Shown in pieces: positions 1 to 14,108 of a stretch of 64,000 nucleotides of DNA (the stretch's first letter is position 1; every line of letters starts with the position of its first letter). This DNA is from Macrostomum lignano (lineage: Eukaryota). Location of the stretch: the NCBI GenBank assembly GCA_002269645.1, contig NIVC01002965.1:1-64000 (forward strand), given 5' to 3'. Both the position numbers and the translations under genes were made by a program. The notes under the pieces were generated by a model. The model was not told where the DNA came from, made no database searches, and saw only the letters and a list, made by a program, of their open reading frames with translations.

Positions 1-889
1 TAAGGACGTAACACTCTCGATTCGTGTGTGAAAATAGTTGAAGGCCGATTTTCGTTCTCGCATACATTAGTGAGATAGAGGAATTGCATGATTTTCAACA
101 TAATCTGCTGTTTGCAGAAGCCTAGCTATTAATTTCCGAAATTTTGCAGAATGTAACCAGAAACACTTAGCTAAATAATGTTTTCGTGGTTTAGTCATAT
201 TTTTTGTAGGTTATTTACAATTTTTTACAACTTATGAGTAGGTAGGCTAGGCCTATGACTAAGGAAAAATGTTTATCGACCTGGAACCTAGTAATAAATA
301 CTTAATAGACCTATTTGATTGATTTCTGACTGGCCATCTTGTGAGAAAGATATAGACCAAAGTATGCGGGTTCTGTATATGATCTCCAGACTCCGATATA
401 TTTTCAGAAACGTCACTAATAAAACTAAGAGCGTATTCACAAAAAATGCGTTCAAGATTTTCAGCTATTTTATTAATTCATTCAGATCCTTAAGTTGAAG
501 ATAGTTATTACCACCCAAAAATAGTGACTCCATTGAGGATTTTCTTGCATCTACATCTAGTGGGAAACTAAACTAACTGACTTACTTGGTAGGAGACAAA
601 AATCTGAACAATCTGGCGAAAAAAATTAACCTTCTACATGCAACCGATTCGGAGATACAGACATTTTAATAATCGGCCTTCAAATATTTTAGCACGATTT
701 GCAAGTGTTGCGTCCTTCTAGTCTAGTAGTCCTTGGACTAACGTAGTAAAAAGTTGAAAGCGGATTTATAGAAAAACTCGTCGATACAATTCCATCTAGA
801 ATAATGCACTGCGGTAAAGAGGTAAAACCGGAAATTTCTGTGTAACTGCTTTCTAGTCTCCGCCTCTGATAGCACATAAAGCAGCTTAC

Positions 890-3800
890 CGCCGTTACCC
901 TGAATCTCGCCCGTTGTAGTAACTTTGAACGGCACACCAGCCGACACAATCGAGTAGGTGACGCCAGCTGAATCTGCGTCCTTGCAGTTCACCGAGCCCA
1001 CAGATGTTCCTACAGCTGTATTTTCTGGCACAGACCAGGAGTATAGATAGGTTACACAATATGGCGCATTGTCATCCACATCGCCAACGAAAATAGTGAC
1101 AGTGGTAGAGCCCGTGCGCTTCGGCGAACCTCGATCCGTTGCCATAACGACCAGGTCGTAAGAATTAGCCGTCTCGTAGTCAAGCGGTCCGGTTAGAATG
1201 ATCTTGGAGCAGCTCTGAACTTCGAAGGGTCCAGTGGGTGCTAAAATGGTGAGTTCATTAAGATTAACACTTTAAGAAAGGGGTGCCAACTTAGGTGCCA
1301 TACTATAAGCTTTAAATGAAGCGTTTAATCGACATAATTCTCGACTGAAGCCGAAAGGAATTTTACCAAGATGAGTATTTTTGCTAGTCCAACGCGTCTG
1401 AAAAGTTACCTACCCCAGTTGGTTTCGTTAGCTCTGGCTTTTTGGGGCTTTCATGTCACTAAAAATTTTCTGGAGTGAAATTTTGTTACGAAGTTTTAAG
1501 GATATTAAATTGCGAGGATCTTTGAGGAAGCCGAATTTGAGAATGTGAATCTTACACGTTTCGAATGCGTTCCTAAAGCAAAGAAATCTTTCACGCTTGA
1601 CCAAATCTGCGTTAATAATACGAATCCAATATCAAATTATCTTACATTTAATACTACAATCGACAATGCCATCGGTGCCAACGTCATTGTCCGTAACACC
1701 AACGCTGCCCACCGTAGTTCCGGGAGTTGTGGTTGATTCGCTCAGTCTGGCCGATGAAGTGCACACGCACGAGCCCGTTACTACGGGATCGAAATCGTTG
1801 GACAACCGAATGTTAACCTCCACTGTAGCAGTGCTGGCCAGATATGGCGACGTGCCGTTGTTGTCTTTGCAGATGATCTTCCGATTTTGATAGAAAAATG
1901 TTTTTTAATGAATGCTTGTATGCGGTGTAGACTCGTAGAAGGATGAGCACATGCTAGGTAGGGTACGTAGCATTCTATATTATAAACAATTGGTAATTGA
2001 GCTGATAAACAGTTTGCTCATACTAGTATGAATTTCTGTTTTCCAAGTGTCGTAAGACGTTCGATTTGCAAGTAGATAAGCTTTTATATTCGTTACTGAA
2101 AACTAACGATCCCTTAAATTCAAAACTTGTTCGGAGATACGGCTACAAATAGTTTATTGTGAATTATCACTAATGCATTGACCTTAAAATCATTTACACT
2201 TAAGAGAAACTAATTTGATGTTGCTAAACAAATTTACACTTCCATTTATCCTTGCGGCATCAGAGTTATAAGTCAGTATCAGTTTGCCAGAACTCCAGCA
2301 ACTATAAACCTGTAATAATAATAACTATTTGTTTCATTAGTGACCAAACCTGCAGTAGAAAGATTGTCGGATGATTCGTGCTAGCGTCCGGTTCAATTGT
2401 TTTGGCCAATTCGATCACGCTTCGATCGGTTGGTCGAAAACGAAACACACTATCTGTGTTGCCGCTAGTGATTTCGCAAAGAACTGGCAGACTATTTCGG
2501 TCAGGATCAGTAACGGTGAACGGTGACAGCACAGTGGTGTTCATGATGCTGTCTGGAATTTGTTTCATTGAAAAATTCAGCATCCATAGTTAGCTATTTT
2601 GAAGACAAAAGGACATTTAAGATCGTTGAGACTATGCATGCAAGAGGATGGCCTCCATTATAATATGAAACATTTGATGCATTACAACAACAACAAAAAT
2701 ATACTTACTCTCGGCTATCGAGGTTTTGTAATAGTAAGACGGACTAAACACAGGCGCCATTTCATTTACGTCCGTCAATACGACAGTCAACGACCGAGTT
2801 ACTGACTGCGCGGGGCTACCCAAATCCGAGCATTTGACCACAACATCTGCGTACTGCCAAGACTCAAAGTCCATGGGCTTGGTGCCGACCTTCAGTGCGC
2901 CAGTAGTCGAGTCGATGCTGAACGATTCGAGCACATTTGCTGAGCCTGAATGGAAACAGCCTCAAGTTTATCGCTGAATCGACAGAAATTAGACAGTTTA
3001 GTAGATACTTACTATTACTGGTAGCCGAAACTAACGACCAAACAATGTTGCTATCAGGCTCAGAAGCTTTATCAGCGTCGCTACCAGTCAGCGTGAACAG
3101 AACCGTTCCCACGGTGTCATTTTCTGATACTGTGGCGATGCCACTCGCTGGAGTGACGCTCGATATCGTCGGTCTATTGTCGTTCTGTGACATTACGGTC
3201 ACTGTAACGGTCACTGTGGTGCTTAAGGGTCCCGAAGTGTCGTTGTCGCGCACCTGGATTATTTGCGATTGTGAATTAAGAACATCGATTTTTAAAAACT
3301 ATTTGTATCGAAGAATTCATGGATTGGTCAAATTCAAGGTTGGTTGAAGATGTCGAGGTAGCCAGTTGAAGGGCTGGCCTAGGGGCTAATAGCGGGGCAA
3401 TTTTGAAACACCTTAGTCATAAAATCTGGATAAGTAATTATAAGAGTACTGTACGCCATATTTGTCTTGCAAAGTGAAAAAAATTGGAAAAAAGTCTCAA
3501 ATAGAGTTTTAACCATTGAAATTGAATGTAGACACAAATTTCATGAAAACATCAATGCTCCTACCCGAACTTGAAGAATTTCTGGGTTTGCACTTAGCGT
3601 GTCGTAATCTCGCGCACCAGCCAGGGTTACAACACCAGATGTGAGGCCCACTGAGTAGCCAGTAGACGAGCTGGTGAACTCGAATTGCAGGGTTGCATTG
3701 GCTCCCTTGTCAATGTCGCTACATGCGGATCCAATATTGGCAATCGTGAAGCCACTTGATTCAACATTTTCGGTGATTCGTTTGTTGAATCGACTGCTAG

Positions 3801-4784
3801 TACACACAGGTGTGTTGTCGTTAATATCTAAGATGCTAGCGCTCACAGAGGCTGTGCCGACATTTCCACCCAGATCGGTTGCCATCACCAGCAGAGAGGG
3901 AAATGCGTCGCTGCTTAATTTGTCCCGATCGATTTTTGAGCCAACGCTGAAAACGCAAGTCTTTCCTGAGGCGGATACCTGCAGTAATGTAGGTAAATAT
4001 TTTCAGTATTTTGTCACAAAGGTTCGGTCCGGAGCTTTACTTTGGGCTCTGATACAATGATTGAGCTTATGCCTTTTTGTTTACATAAAAGGTTACTGGT
4101 CTTTACAGCTAATAAAATATAGATCAAAGACTGGCGCTTTATTACCGAGAAGTACTCCGACCCGTCACCCTTGACCGAGCAGGTGAGTCGGTCACCAGAT
4201 GCATCCACCTCCGAATCAACAAACAAAATGTTTGACGACATTGAGCACTGACTGCCAGCGGAAGCCTCTTCAACGCAGTTGGCTTTGACTACTGTGCTGC
4301 CCCCAGTAAAAATTGGAGCAACGTCGTAAACGTTATCGACGCTTAGCGTCACTGTTGCCGTGATTGACAATGTTCCAGAGGTGTCAGTCGCTCTGTCATC
4401 AGGGTTCAAATAAGAATTTTGTTACGGTAGGTAATATTACAGTAACTATAGACTAACTAGTCAAATTCGATGAAATGAAGTGAAAATAATACGTGCAATT
4501 CATCAAAACTCACACAACTTCGCAACTGTATGAAGTCTTCGTTTCATAATCAAGCGCTTTCAGCGTTGTAAATGTTACCATGGAGACTGTACCGCTGGTC
4601 GGATTGAGCTGAAACGTGTCGCTCGGGCAGTTGGCATCAACCGTACCGAAAGTCCATGTGGCTGTAGTGTCGGTTCTCAATACTGTCGTTTCGTGCGGCG
4701 CTGCCAAGTTCTCTACCAACGACTGGGTAACGGCAATGTTGCCACTGTCGGCACCTCGACTTGGCGAAGTGAATCTCAAGCCAT
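890..4784 (-). CDS. Multi-repeat cadherin (Fat/Dachsous/protocadherin-like), partial; about 730 aa and 6-7 EC repeats visible
   Basis: Eight exons splice in frame at GT-AG sites: 4514-4784, 4146-4392, 3565-3978, 3013-3253, 2709-2945, 2350-2552, 1646-1877, ~890-1240. Ca-binding motifs LDYE, IDRD, DINDNTP, DVNEMAP, DVDDNAP and ATD are present. Neither the start nor the stop codon was located. Confidence 0.9.
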
Positions 4785-4904
4785 CTGCGAATCAAATGGT
4801 GATTGACAGTTACGCTAAAACTGATACAAAATCTGAGTGCAAGATCTGTTACAGTAATTATACTAAAAATTAGGCACCACAAAACGATTGAACTCACGAT
4901 TGAA

Positions 4905-5430
4905 CAGGTGACAACTGGTATCTATCGAACGGGTAACACCAGTTAACAGGGGCTATAACAGGGTATATCTATCGAACAGGTGACACGACAATGGACTATA
5001 ACTGGGTAACTATCGAACAGGTGACACGACAATGGACTATAACTGGGTAACTATCGAACAGGTGACACGACAATGGACTATAACTGGGTAACTATCGAAC
5101 AGGTGACACGACAATGGACTATAACTGGGTAACTATCGAACAGGTGACACGACAATGGACTATAACTGGGTAACTATCGAACAGGTGACACCACAATGGG
5201 CTATAACTGGGTATCTATCGAACAGGTGATACCACAATGGGCTATAACTGGGTATCTATCGAACAAGGTGACACGACAATGGGCTATAACTGGGTATCTA
5301 TCGAACAGGTGATACCACAATGGGCTATAACTGGGTATCTATCAAACAGGTGACACCACAATGGGCTAAAATTAGGTATCTATCAAACAGGTGACACCAC
5401 AAGGGCCAAAATTAGGTATCAGTCCAACAG
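4905..5430. repeat. 41-bp minisatellite, about 12 copies
   Basis: Unit GACTATAACTGGGTAACTATCGAACAGGTGACACGACAATG; period 41 measured at 5020 and 5061. Confidence 0.95.
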
Positions 5431-6100
5431 ATGAGTTTACAGTGAATATTGTGGCTGAGACTATAAGAAATTAGTATCGTATTTGATTTAAACATTCGCT
5501 AAGCTTTCTGCTGGGTCGTGTGACTTATTTCACTTACCAATTCCAACGAATGAAAAGATCTCGATGTAAAAAATTAACCAGTAGTATGACTTTATCATAT
5601 TGGCAATCATTAAGTACTTCAATTAGATTTATTCGATTGTAGAAGCCTTTTAATAAAACTCAAGCTTTTACGCTTTATCTGGATGGATTTACCTATATTT
5701 CTTTAGAATGTGACCATGGAAACATGTCAACATTTAGATCCAACTTGAAATGTGCAAACACAAATTCACACTTGAAATCGTCTCACAGTTTGTATTGACA
5801 CTGAGAGTAAGATGTCTTGTCTGCATGTGTTGTGTATCTTTGGTACTTACCGCGTGAAAGTTTGTTTTCCTATAGCTACTCTCTGCTCAACGCTGATCAA
5901 ACAATGCAGCCGCAGCCCCATGATTTTTCTGTTTGCAAGCTCAAACGGTGAAAAGTAAGGAGACTGACAGAACCCTTTTTCCACATCGCTCTTTTATGGA
6001 TCATTTTCGACGTACATTTAGGAGTCCATTTGATGAGATGCTGAGCATACATATCAGAAAGAAGTGAATTTGTGACTCTGACTGCATTTATTTTTAAATG

Positions 6101-6192
6101 ATGGCGCCCCTAGTGCTAGCACCCCTGGTTCTGGCGCCCCTGGTGCTGGCGCCCCTGGTGCTGGCGCCATTGGTGCTGGCGCCCCTGGTACT
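6101..6192. repeat. 15-bp GC-rich minisatellite, about 6 copies
   Basis: Unit GGCGCCCCTGGTGCT in AT-rich surroundings. Confidence 0.85.
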
Positions 6193-8679
6193 AAAATGTC
6201 CTAGTATTTTTCGTCAGAATAAACAAGCTAGGAGAGTAAACTATTAAATATATGTGCATGAATAAAACTGCAGCTACAGTATATATTTTATATTATGTGC
6301 ATACCACAGAGTACACACACACTCTGTTTTTTTATGTTGCCACGGTTTTTATGCAGAGCCAAACAGAGGGGTCGATTGAACATTCTGGTGTATTCTGTGG
6401 TACATACATGTAACAGCTTCGATCACCTGTCAGAAGATCGATCTGGTGTGCTCTTCTGGAATAAAAGAATTCATATATTCATATAAGTAAAAATTTCTGA
6501 TGGCTAGATGCAGGTTTGGAGTATTTAATCACTATTTTAAGCTGATTAATTGAATTCTGGTGGCTGAATACTATTGCTGATATCATACGGATGTATATAT
6601 TATTGCAATACTAATTTCATGCAAACATTTTATACATGTACAAGAACCTGAACTATATATCACCGTGACAATAGTGGTACTATTCCAGAAAATTCTTTGA
6701 TTACACACTTCAAATTTTTACAATGGGGTGTCTCTAAGGTTAATAGGGCATTAACAAGTAGTAATATTTATTTCTAGGATGAAACGACTCGAAGTAAAAA
6801 TAGAATATCAAATTTGTCAAAGGTTGCCACGTCGATTTATTTTTTGTTATAAAACGAAGCAATTAAAGGGAAGTATGAAAATTCTCAATATTTTGCATGT
6901 TTTTGCTTGATGCTTGTTAAAATGAATGCTTCCATAAACGTCTATTTTTAACAACAGTTCATTTGCTCTATTTAAAGAGATCAAGCGTTCAATCGCTCTC
7001 TTTCAATCCGTTGACCAATTAACTGTGAACAACACAGGTAAGCAGTCAAGTTGACTAAATCCTAAAACTTATTTGTCTGTCTCTATATAGTAATACACTA
7101 AATTTTTCTTTGCTGTGCTTCGCCTTCGTTTAGTGTATTCGTTCATGCAAAAGCCTTTTCAATTTCATGCTTTTAAGTTTTATATAATATAATTACATGT
7201 ATGTAATCATTTCTTTTAATAAATTATATTATTTCTTTATATTAATAATAATAACTATTTTAGCAAATTGTTTGTCTTCTAAATAACTACTAATCGATCA
7301 ATAGCTTTATTTTAAACTTTAATAGTGGTTATCATTGACATACTGTACAAGAAAAATACTAAGACTATATTTATCTTATCATAATTATACAATGTGCATG
7401 TGGCATAAAAATCTTAAGGATTAAGGACCTTAAGGATTTTGTTCAAAGCCTTGAAATTGGCAGCATCCATTTATTTTCATTGTTTTTCACCTTAACACAA
7501 AATCAAAAACAAATAAAGGTCATTTAAGCCTATTAGTATTAATTCTTATTGAGTGGTAATAATAAGAATAATTGTTTATATTTGTCCTAGCTGACAGAGG
7601 TGCAACCAATAGCTTAGTTGCAGCTATTGTAGGACATATCTAAAGCAAAGGCTACATATGGCTGTTCAGTCCATAGACTAGGGAATTGCCATAGCCCATA
7701 TATATCCTTAATTATCTTAGCTAATGTTGGCACTATAAGGATTTAATGTAAATTAAAGAAAGGGAAAGAGCTAGGTGGTGGTTCTTATTTTATGTGGTTA
7801 AAAGACAGTGGAGTAAGAAGTAAGGAGAAGTAAATATTATCCGCCATTGGCACCATTTATTTATAGCTATCAGGAGCATCACCAGAAACTTCTAGAATAT
7901 TCTGAGCATTATACCAAAACAAATATTATTAATTTTAATATTAATAATCTATTGATTCCTATTAGATTTGCATTAATTGTAGTACTGCCTTACTATAATA
8001 AATTATACATTGAATATTTATAAATGCAAGTATTAGAGTTAGTTACTATGAGAAAAAATTTCAAGAATTTAATTTATACTTTATGGGGAAATTTCTAGAA
8101 ATAAATAGTTCATAATTAATGCGATCAAACTTTCACGAAGGTCACTACAGCACTACACTATACCCTAGGAATGCCAATTCTAGTTAACCGGTTCACCAAC
8201 AAACCAGTTTTAGCCCTAAAAACAGTTTTTTTGTCCATTTTCGGTCTGGTTTTTGCACATCTAAATTATTATGTTAACAATTTTTTAGTGTTTTATTTTA
8301 TAAACAAGCTAAGATTTCATGTTGCAGTTTATTTTTGAATTGTGATATTGCATATTGTAATTAATACAAACTATTTCTATGCAAGATTTGTATCTATTCA
8401 ACTGTAATTTATAAATTACAAATCATGATTTGTAGATGAAATACTAGCAATCTAGCGCCCCCCTTCGGGGTGGCCAATAAGCAAGGGACGAATCCTTTAA
8501 AATGAAAAAAAATTCTTAGGGAGGGGGGCTAGGAATCGAATTCTCATTTTAATTCCAGGCTTATGTACCAATAAAACATGCTTGTGCAGAATTTTATAAC
8601 AGACATTGAAATTCAACCATACTTGCCTTCTTTCAGAGCTACTTCTACCAGTATGCTTCAGTACGCTACCAGTACCCTT

Positions 8680-9620
8680 GTAAGCCTTGACATGTCAGCA
8701 ATCCCCCCCACAAGCCTTAACATATCAACTCCCCCTTGACATCTCAGCGATGCTCCCATAAGCCTTGAAATCTTAAAAAATCTGTCTACTTTCTAACCCT
8801 AACCCTAACCCTAACCCTAAAGCATTGAAATTTCAGTAATTCTCTCTAAGAGTCATTATAGCACTACTACAGCATTATAGCGATTCCCTGCAAGCCTCGA
8901 CATTGTAGGGATTCCCAAATGAATCTCTTAACTTCGACATGAAGCTTCTTTTATTTTTTTACATTACGCCTTTTCTATCAGCAATCCCTCCCGTGAGGAG
9001 CCAACAAATAATGTAATAACTTTTTTCTAATAAACTACATGTAGCTTCTGACATTAGCCTTGACATCTCATTTATTCCCCGTGAGCCTTGACATCTCAGC
9101 TATAGATAGATAGATAGATAGATTCCCCTCGTAAGCCTTGACATGTCAGCAATGCCCCCCATAAACCTTGAAATCTAAAAAATCCCCTGTTAACCTTGAA
9201 ACCCGCTAAAATCTAACCCTCAACCCAAACCTGACGTAAACCTAACTTTCACCCAACCTAAAGCCTTGAAATCACAGCAATTCTTCTTCCCTAAGCCTTG
9301 GCATTTAAATGATTTCTTCTTTAAGAATCACAGCACTATAACGATTCCCTCCAAGCTTTGACATCGTAGCAATTCCCAAATGAATCTTTTAACTTTGACA
9401 TGACTTTTATTTTATGTATACATAATGCTCCTTTTATTTTTACATGACTCTTCTTCTATCAGCGCCCCCCCCCACCGTGGCAAGCCAACAAAGAATACAA
9501 TAAAAAAAACTTAACTAAAGTACATGTACTTTGAAGTAGCTTCTGACTTTTGCTTTAACATCTCAGAAACCCCCTGTAATCTCAGTTATTCTCTGTGAGC
9601 CTTGACGTCTCAGTAATTCT
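8680..9620. repeat. Degenerate AAGCCTTGACATCTCAGCAATTCCC-type satellite patches
   Basis: Scattered copies of the same ~27-bp motif that forms arrays at 15530-15990 and 17060-17285. Confidence 0.7.
8793..8820. repeat. Short interstitial (CCCTAA)n telomere-like tract
   Basis: CTAACC x4 followed by CTAA. Confidence 0.8.
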
Positions 9621-9779
9621 CCCCAACACAGCACTATAGCTTCATTTAATTTTTATATGACACTTCTTTCATGTCTGACATGACGCTTCTTTTGATTTTT
9701 ACATGACGATTCTTTTATTCTTCCATGATGCTTCTTAATTTTTTAAATGACACTTTCATTAGTTTTTATATGAGGCTTC

Positions 9780-10860
9780 TATGATTTTTTCATGACGCTT
9801 CTATGTTAACATGACTCTTCTATGCTTGTTTACATGACGCTTTTATGATTGTTTACATGACGCTTCTATGATTGTTTACATGACGCTTGTATGATTGTTT
9901 ACATGACGCTTCTATGATTTTTTACATGACGCTTCTATGATTTTTACATGACGCTTCTATGATTTTTACATGACACTTCTATGATTTTTTCATGACGCTT
10001 CTATGATTTTTACATGACGCTTCTATGATTGTTTACATGACGCTTCTATGATTTTTTATGATGCTTGTATGATTGTTTACATGACGCTTCTATGATTGTT
10101 TACATGACGCTTCTATGATTTTTTATGACGCTTTTATGATTGTTTACATGACGCTTCTATGATTGTTTACATGACGCTTCTATGATTGTTTACATGACGC
10201 TTCTATGATTTTTTATGACGCTTTTATGATTGTTTACATGACGCTTGTATGATTGTTTACATGACGCTTCTATGATTTTTACATGACGCTTCTATGATTT
10301 TTACATGACGCTTCTATGATTTTTTACATGACGCTTGTATGATTGTTTACATGACGCTTTTATGATTGTTTACATGACGCTTCTATGATTTTTACATGAC
10401 GCTTCTATGATTTTTACATGACGCTTGTATGATTGTTTACATGACGCTTCTATGATTTTTTATGACGCTTTTATGATTTTAACATGACGCTTCTATGATT
10501 TTTTTACATGACGCTTCTATGATTGTTTACATGACGCTTGTATGATTGTTTACATGACGCTTGTATGATTTTAACATGACGCTTCTATGATTGTTTACAT
10601 TACGCTTCTATGATTGCTTGCATGACGCTTCTATGATTTTTTATGACGCTTTTATGATTTTAACATGACGCTTCTATGATTTTTTTACATGACGCTTCTA
10701 TGATTGTTTACATGACACTTGTATGATTGTTTACATGACGCTTTTATGATTTTAACATGACGCTTCTATGATTGTTTACATTACGCTTCTATGATTGCTT
10801 GCATGACGCTTCTATGATTTTTTACATAACGATTCTATGATTTTTTACATTACGCTTCCA
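9780..10860. repeat. 21-23-bp minisatellite, roughly 45-50 copies
   Basis: Unit TTTACATGACGCTTCTATGATTG. Confidence 0.95.
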
Positions 10861-10915
10861 TAATTTTTTTTGTCTTGGCGTTAAAAAGCTTTAATTAAAA
10901 AAAACTCTACTCTCT

Positions 10916-10980
10916 AAAAATTCGAACCATCGTCCCTGCATTTAGCAGTTTAGTCTGTTTACCTCTAGGCTAGCTCTCAT
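10916..10980 (-). other. tRNA-like (A/B box) cassette, copy 1
   Basis: Minus strand reads TAGCCTAG...GACTAAACTGCTAAAT...GGTTCGAAT; homologous to 14109, 17419 and 63487. Confidence 0.5.
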
Positions 10981-11014
10981 AAATTTTAGTCATTACCCCT
11001 AAATAGAAAATATT

Positions 11015-11270
11015 CCCAAGACAGCAAGCATCCCCCAGTAGCAAGCATCCCCTAATACTCCTAGCAAGCATCTACCCAGATAGCAAGCATCTGCAGATAG
11101 CAAGCATCTGCAGATAGCAAGCATCTTGCAGATAGCAAGCATACCCCAAATAATGTAGAAGCATCCTTCCAGATAGCAAGCATCCCCCAAATAATGTAGA
11201 AGCATCCTTCCAGATAGCAAGCATCCTGCACATAGCAAGAATCCCTAAATAGCAAGCATCCCTGGATAGA
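11015..11270. repeat. ~19-bp AGATAGCAAGCATCCCCC minisatellite
   Basis: Same motif recurs at 16020-16090, 61805-61975 and 62250-62590. Confidence 0.9.
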
Positions 11271-11299
11271 AATAATCCTATACATGTAGCCAAGCTTAT

Positions 11300-14030
11300 C
11301 AAGCGCAGTAATCCTTGGCTATCGAGTGCAGTAATTCTTGGTTTGCCAAGTGCAGTAAGTAATCCTTGGTTTATTAATAGCAATAATCCATGGCTTATCG
11401 AGTGCAGTAATCCTTGGTTTATTAATAGCAATAATCCATGGCTTATCGAGTGCAGTAATTCTTGGTTTGCCAAGTGCAGTAAGTAATCCTTGGTTTATTA
11501 ATAGCAATAGTCCTTGGCTTATCGTGTGCATTAATCCTTGGTTTATTAATAGCAATAGTCCTTGGCTTATCGAGTGCAGTAATCCTTGGTTTATTAATAG
11601 CAATAATCCTTGATAAATCAAGTGCAGTAATCCTTAGTTTATTAATAGCAATAGTCCTTGGCTTATCGAGTGCAGTAATCCTTGGTTTGCCAAGTGCAGT
11701 AATCCTTGGTTTATTAATAGCAATAATCCTTGGCTTATCGAGTGCAGTAATCCTTGGTTTATTAATAGCAATAATCCTTGGCTTATCGAGTGCAGTAATC
11801 CTTGGTTTGCCAAGTGCAGTAATCCTTGGTTTATTAATAGCAATAATCCTTGGCTTATCGAGTGCAGTAATCCTTGGTTTATTAATAGCAATAATCCTTG
11901 ATAAATCAAGTGCAGTAATCCTTGGTTTATTAATAGCAATAATCCTTGATAAATCAAGTACAGTAATCCTTGGTTTATTAATAGCAATAATCCTTGGCTT
12001 ATCGAGTGCAGTAATCCTTGGTTTATTAATAGCAATAATCCTTGATAAATCAAGTGCAGTAATCCTTGGTTTATTAATAGCAATAGTCCTTGGCTTATCG
12101 AGTGCAGTAATCCTTGGTTTGCCAAGTGCAGTAATCCTTGGTTTATTAATAGCAATAATCCTTGGCTTATCGAGTGCAGTAATCCTTGGTTTATTAATAG
12201 CAATAATCCTTGGCTTATCGAGTGCAGTAATCGTTGGTTTGCCAAGAGCAGTAATCCTTGGTTTATTAATAGCAATAGTCCTTGGTTTATTGAGTGCAGT
12301 AATCCTTGGTTTATTAATAGCAATAATCCTTGGCTTATCGAGTGCAGTAATCCTTGGTTTGCCAAGTGCAGTAATCCTTGGTTTATTAATAGCAATAATC
12401 CTTGGCTTATTGAGTGCAGTAATCCTTGGTTTATTAATAGCAATAATCCTTGATTAATAAAGTGCATTAATCCTTGGTTTATTATTGGCAATAATCCTTG
12501 GCTTATCGAGTGCAGTAATCGTTGGTTTGCCAAGAGCAGTAATCCTTGGTTTATTAATAGCAATAATCCTTGGCTTATCGAGTGCAGTAATCCTTGGTTT
12601 GCCAAGTGCATTAATCCTTGGTTTATTAATAGCAATAATCCTTGGCTTCTTGAGTGCAGTAATCCTTGGTTTATTAATAGCAATAATCCTTGGCTTATTG
12701 AGTGCAGTAATCCTTGGTTTGCCAGGAGCAATAGTCCTTGGTTTATCGAGTGCAGTAATCCTTGGTTTATTAATAGCAATAATCCTTGATTAATCAAGTG
12801 CATTAATCCTTGGTTTATTAATAGCAATAATCCTTGGCTTATCGAGTGCAGTAATCCTTGGTTTATTAATAGCAATAATCCTTGATAAATCAAGTGCAGT
12901 AATCCTTGGTTTATTAATAGCAATAGTCCTTGGCTTATCGAGTGCAGTAATCCTTGGTTTGCCAAGTGCAGTAATCCTTGGTTTATTAATAGCAATAATC
13001 CTTGGCTTATCGAGTGCAGTAATCGTTGGTTTATTAATAGCAATAATCCTTGGCTTATTGAGCGCAGTAATCCTTGGTTTGCCAGGAGCAATAGTCCTTG
13101 GTTTATTAATAGCAATAATCCTTGATTAATCAAGTGCATTAATCCTTGTTTTATTAATAGCAATAATCCTTGATTAATAAAGTGCATTAATCCTTGGTTT
13201 ATTAATAGCACTAATCCTTGGCTTCTTGAGTGCAGTAATCCTTGGTTTATTAATAGCAATAATCCTTGGCTTATCGAGTGCAGTAATCCTTGGTTTGCCA
13301 AGTGCAGTAATCCTTGGTTTATTAATAGCAATAATCCTTGGCTTATCGAGTGCAGTAATCCTTGGTTTATTAATAGCAATAATCCTTGGCTTATCGAGTG
13401 CAGTAATCGTTCGTTTGCCAAGAGCAGTAATCCTTGGTTTATTAATAGCAATAGTCCTTGGTTTATTAAGTGCAGTAATCCTTGGTTTATTAATAGCAAT
13501 AATCCTTGGCTTATCGAGTGCAGTAATCCTTGGTTTGCCAAGTGCAGTAATCCTTGGTTTATTAATAGCAATAATCCTTGGCTTATCGAGTGCAGTAATC
13601 CTTGGTTTATTAATAGCAATAATCCTTGATTAATAAAGTTCATTAATCCTTGGTTTATTAATAGCAATAATCCTTGGCTTATTGAGTGCAGTAATCCTTG
13701 GTTTGCCAGGAGCAATAGTCCTTGGTTTATCGAGTGCAGTAATCCTTGGTTTATTAATAGCAATAATCCTTGATTAATCAAGTGCATTAATCCTTGTTTT
13801 ATTAATAGCAATAATCCTTGACTTCTTGAGTGCAGTAATCCTTGGTTTGCCAAGAGCAATAGTCCTTGGTTTATCGAGTGCAGTAATCGTTGGTTTATTA
13901 ATAGCAATAATCCTTGATTAATCAAGTGCATTAATCCTTGGTTTATTAATAGCAATAATCCTTGGCTTATTGAGTGCAGTAATCCTTGGTTTATTAATAG
14001 CAATAATCCTTGGCTTATGGAGTGCAGTAA
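11300..14030. repeat. 24-bp satellite with several monomer types, about 110 monomers
   Basis: Monomers AATCCTTGG+TTTATTAATAGCAAT, +CTTATCGAGTGCAGT, +TTTGCCAAGTGCAGT, and AATCCTTGATAAATCAAGTGCAGT. Confidence 0.97.
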
Positions 14031-14108
14031 TCTAAGTGTTTTTATTTAGCTTTTAATAAAAAATTTTACACTACTACTTTTCAGACACTAATCTACTAAT
14101 CATACACT

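Noticed and set aside
5851-5921. First coding exon of the cadherin
   Set aside because: Its donor is phase 2 whereas phase 1 is needed, and it does not look like a signal peptide.
11072-14003. Long Leu/Ile-rich ORFs up to 789 aa
   Set aside because: Stop-free frames of a 24-bp satellite; no evidence of coding function.
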